Positions 63,421-64,000 of a stretch of 64,000 nucleotides of DNA are shown here, one piece after another. The stretch lies in the NCBI GenBank assembly GCA_051362555.1, contig CM120645.1, forward strand, positions 16,058,001-16,122,000, in the 5' to 3' direction. The stretch's first letter is position 1; every line of letters starts with the position of its first letter. Origin of the DNA: Lingula anatina (Eukaryota; Animalia; Brachiopoda). Under the pieces are notes generated by a model, which was not told the DNA's origin, ran no database searches, and saw nothing but the letters and a program-made list of their open reading frames with translations. A program made the position numbers and the translations under genes.

Positions 63421-63799
63421 AACATTTTCACGGCGTATCAGATGGTTACATGCTGGTAATGGTATAGAAGAACATTATAGTAGCGTTATGGGCGTTTTTA
63501 ACTCCATGCAAAATAGTAACGTTATAATTTTTAGAAAGATTCGAAGACCGTTTCTATAAAATTTTATGATAACGTTATTTTGTGGAGTTTTATCAGCGTT
63601 TTTATAACATTCTGGAAAAATTTATATAATGTTTTGAAAACCTTTTTTCATAAATAACCAAAACACGTCTCATGCTGTTTGAACTACAGTTAGCTGTTAA
63701 TTCCAAAATGGTCTTGGGTTTGTCAGCGACTAGAGCGGTGCGAATTGTAGAATATTCGGACTATCGGTATCGAAATAACCAGCATGTGATGAAAGGGTA

Positions 63800-64000
63800 A
63801 ATTAACTATTATAATGAATACCCCACCATCATCCTGATGTTCTATTGTTAATTACTTCCGGAAAAAATAAATAGAGATCAATACCAAATTATCAAAATAT
63901 GTTACGGAGGGTGAAGTGTTTATAACGGGTGACCTGAATGCACAGACTAGTAATGTTGATGATTTTATAAATAACGACTGTTTAGATAAAACGATCCGGG
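63800..64000 (+). mobile_element. CR1/L2-type LINE AP-endonuclease fragment, running off the window
   Basis: GEVFITGDLNAQTSNVDDFI contains the GD[FL]NA motif, with a degenerate IPPSS-like segment upstream. Confidence 0.65.

Overview
AT-rich, intron- and repeat-rich animal genomic DNA, probably a marine invertebrate (taxon inferred only). Five spliced or intronless host loci can be rebuilt by hand from GT-AG boundaries and codon phase. (1) The last seven exons of an ODF3/SHIPPO-repeat gene (+). (2) An intronless 806-aa ORF (-) fusing a SWAP-70/DEF6-like N-terminus and PH domain, EF-hands, and a C-terminal cupin resembling ureidoglycolate lyase. (3) A five-exon CUB / Ser-Thr stalk / transmembrane gene (-) with an adjacent decayed partial duplicate. 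(4, 5) A tandem pair of dynamin/mitofusin-like GTPase plus protein kinase genes (-, DSTYK-like architecture). The upstream copy is intact, about 1006 aa, with a complete kinase. The downstream copy carries a pseudokinase plus two in-frame stops and a frameshift. The rest is transposon debris: Helentron-type HINEs (one carrying a 161-bp tandem array), PIF/Harbinger derivatives, CAGGG-ended elements with 5-6 bp TSDs, two head-to-head Tc1 copies, LINE fragments, a THAP remnant, and a ~3 kb segmental duplication. No rRNA, tRNA or CRISPR array was seen. All family assignments come from motif recognition by eye, not from database searches.
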